NCBI GenBank assembly: GCA_964399165.1
Contig: CAYNPO010000014.1
Span: 12,147 to 76,146, forward strand
Origin: an uncultured Bacteriovoracaceae bacterium
GTDB lineage: Bacteria; Bdellovibrionota; Bacteriovoracia; Bacteriovoracales; Bacteriovoracaceae
DNA length: 64,000 bases
Direction: 5' to 3'
Shown: in pieces, positions 62,599 through 64,000 of the stretch
Numbering within the stretch: position 1 is the stretch's first letter
Layout of the letters: every line of letters starts with the position of its first letter
Translations under genes and position numbers: made by a program
The notes under the pieces: generated by a model
The model's input: only the letters and a program-made list of their open reading frames with translations
Databases searched by the model: none
What the model was told of the DNA's origin: nothing

Positions 62599-63594
62599 AT
62601 GCACGCAGCCCCCGTTCCGCCTCCTGTCCTGATGGTCATTCCCGGTCGCGAGGAAGGGAGCGGGTTCATCTTTTCCAAGCGGGAGTTTCGGACGATTTCC
62701 GCCAAGCGTGAAGGATGCCACGTGTACTTTCTCGACACCTCCCTGCGGCCGGGGAATTTGCTGCGGCAGTTTCTGGTTTTGCGCTCCCTAGTCCGCCAGG
62801 TGCGGCCAGCCCTGCTTCACGCCCAGTATGGGTCCATCACTGCTTTCCTCTGCTCGCTGGTCAAGGGCCAGGCCCGCCTTTTGGTAACGTACCGGGGCAG
62901 CGACCTCAATTGGAATCCCGGAGTGAGTTGGCTGCGTAACCTGGGAGCTAAAACACTTTCCTACCTGGCTTTCATGTCCGCCGATCATGCGATTATGGTT
63001 TCGCCCCGTCTAGGTCACCCCTTGTTGCGGGGCCAAGGGAAAACCACCGTGATCCCCACGGGCGTCGACATGAACGTGTTCCGCGAGATGCCGGTGGAGG
63101 ATTGCCGCCGTCGCCTGGGATGGCAGGGGCCCGGTCCTCACCTGCTGCTCAACGTGGGCAAGGACCCGGTGAACAAGCGGCTCGACCTCGCTGAAGCCGC
63201 TCACGCCTTGCTGGTGGCACAGGGTTTGCCCGCAGAGCTCCACGTGATGCGCGGACAAGTGGACCCTGCCGACGTACCGGTTTGGATGAACGCCAGTGAT
63301 GTGGTTCTCATGCTCTCAGACAAGGAGGGCTCGCCCACCGTGGTCCAGGAAGCGCTTGCTTGCGGTGTCCCCGTGGTGTCGGTGGCCGTGGGCGATACGC
63401 CCGAACGTCTTGATGGCGTTGAATCCGCGCGTCTGGTGGAACGCACGCCCGCGGCGGTGGCGCAGGCGGTGAAGGAGTTGGTGGCCGTGCCCAGACAGGT
63501 TTCTCCGAGGGTGCGGGCAGAACTTGGCCTTGAGTCCATCGGGGAGCGTATCCTCGGCTTGTATGACCGCCTCATTCGCGGGGCCGTCGCATGA
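62599..63594 (+). CDS. Glycosyltransferase family 4 (GT-B)
   Basis: EGSPTVVQEALACGVPVVS (EX7E region). TAAGAT lies 6 nt upstream of the ATG and there is no SD. Confidence 0.75.
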   Translation: MHAAPVPPPVLMVIPGREEGSGFIFSKREFRTISAKREGCHVYFLDTSLRPGNLLRQFLVLRSLVRQVRPALLHAQYGSITAFLCSLVKGQARLLVTYRGSDLNWNPGVSWLRNLGAKTLSYLAFMSADHAIMVSPRLGHPLLRGQGKTTVIPTGVDMNVFREMPVEDCRRRLGWQGPGPHLLLNVGKDPVNKRLDLAEAAHALLVAQGLPAELHVMRGQVDPADVPVWMNASDVVLMLSDKEGSPTVVQEALACGVPVVSVAVGDTPERLDGVESARLVERTPAAVAQAVKELVAVPRQVSPRVRAELGLESIGERILGLYDRLIRGAVA

Positions 63595-64000
63595 CGGTGC
63601 TGGTGACCGGGGGGGCGGGTTACATCGGCTCCCATGTCCTGTTGGCCTTGGCGGCCCATGGGGAGAAAGTGGTGGTGCTGGATGACTTGAGCACCGGCAG
63701 ACGGGAAGCTGTCTCCCACGGAGAATTGGTAGTGGGAGACGTGGGAGACCGCGCTCTTTTGGATAAGCTCTTCTCTTCGCATTCCATCGAGTCGGTGATG
63801 CATTTTGCCGGCTCCATCGTCCCGTCCGAATCCTTACGCCGCCCCTTGGATTATTACCAGAACAACACCGCCGCCGCGTTGACCCTCATGAGGGCATGTG
63901 TGGCCCATGGCGTGCGTCGCTTTGTTTTTTCCTCCAGCGCAGCGGTCTACGCCGAGCCTCCCACAGGCGTGTGCGCGGAGGACTCGCCTCTCGCGCCGCC
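63591..64000 (+). CDS. galE: UDP-glucose 4-epimerase GalE, N-terminal part (runs off the right edge)
   Basis: Not in the ORF track (no stop inside the window). ATGA overlap with the upstream stop. MTVLVTGGAGYIGSHVLLAL...VMHFAGSIVPSES...FVFSSSAAVY. Confidence 0.8.
   Translation, partial: MTVLVTGGAGYIGSHVLLALAAHGEKVVVLDDLSTGRREAVSHGELVVGDVGDRALLDKLFSSHSIESVMHFAGSIVPSESLRRPLDYYQNNTAAALTLMRACVAHGVRRFVFSSSAAVYAEPPTGVCAEDSPLAP

Noticed and set aside
1-64000. Mobile elements, CRISPR arrays, defence systems, toxin-antitoxin pairs, tRNA/rRNA genes
   Set aside because: I scanned both strands and saw no transposase, integrase or recombinase-like ORFs, no spaced direct-repeat arrays, no nuclease/helicase/ATPase defence-type genes and no unexplained intergenic space larger than about 130 bp. 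Absence is by eye only; short ncRNAs cannot be excluded.

Overview
GC-rich bacterial chromosomal segment, almost entirely coding: about 62 CDS. I saw no rRNA, tRNA, CRISPR array, transposase or integrase. All family calls rest on motif recognition by eye, not on searches.

Left end (1-5.9 kb), housekeeping genes:
- a 3'-truncated isochorismate synthase (menF), which is missing from the ORF track
- a class I-beta DAHP synthase
- the UbiE/MenG methyltransferase
- a beta-carbonic anhydrase paired with a SulP anion transporter
- two hypothetical genes

From 5.9 kb to the right edge (about 58 kb) there is one uninterrupted glycan-biosynthesis super-locus, arranged in alternating short operons. It contains:
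1. A UDP-HexNAc 6-dehydrogenase and 4-epimerase, plus WbpB/WbpD/WbpE-type genes for 2,3-diacetamido-2,3-dideoxy-hexuronic acid.
2. A GDP-type legionaminic acid module: legB, legC, legI, legG, a PtmE-like CBS nucleotidyltransferase and a CMP-synthetase.
3. A pseudaminic acid module: pseB, pseC, pseG, pseI.
4. Five DegT-type aminotransferases and one class-III aminotransferase.
5. Six class-I methyltransferases.
6. Three formyltransferase-fold proteins.
7. Three FAD oxidoreductases.
8. Two Fe(II)/2OG-dioxygenase-like proteins.
9. A radical-SAM/SPASM-like enzyme.
10. An AsnB-type amidotransferase and a FemAB-like transferase.
11. Three GT4 glycosyltransferases and two capsule-type GT-B proteins.
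12. A fused ABC exporter.
13. Two large polytopic membrane proteins.
14. A predicted outer-membrane barrel carrying a CxxCH motif.
15. A 5'-partial galE at the right edge.

Most notable points:
- Formyltransferase-fold genes sit where the Leg and Pse pathways need their N-acetyltransferases (LegH/PseH), and no LegH or PseH is recognisable.
- Several multi-gene tailoring modules have no function I can assign.
- Packing is extreme: ATGA/GTGA start-stop overlaps, and convergent genes separated by 6 bp or less, or overlapping.
- Several operon-first genes have a -10-like hexamer 6-8 nt upstream of the start codon and no Shine-Dalgarno, which suggests leaderless mRNAs.
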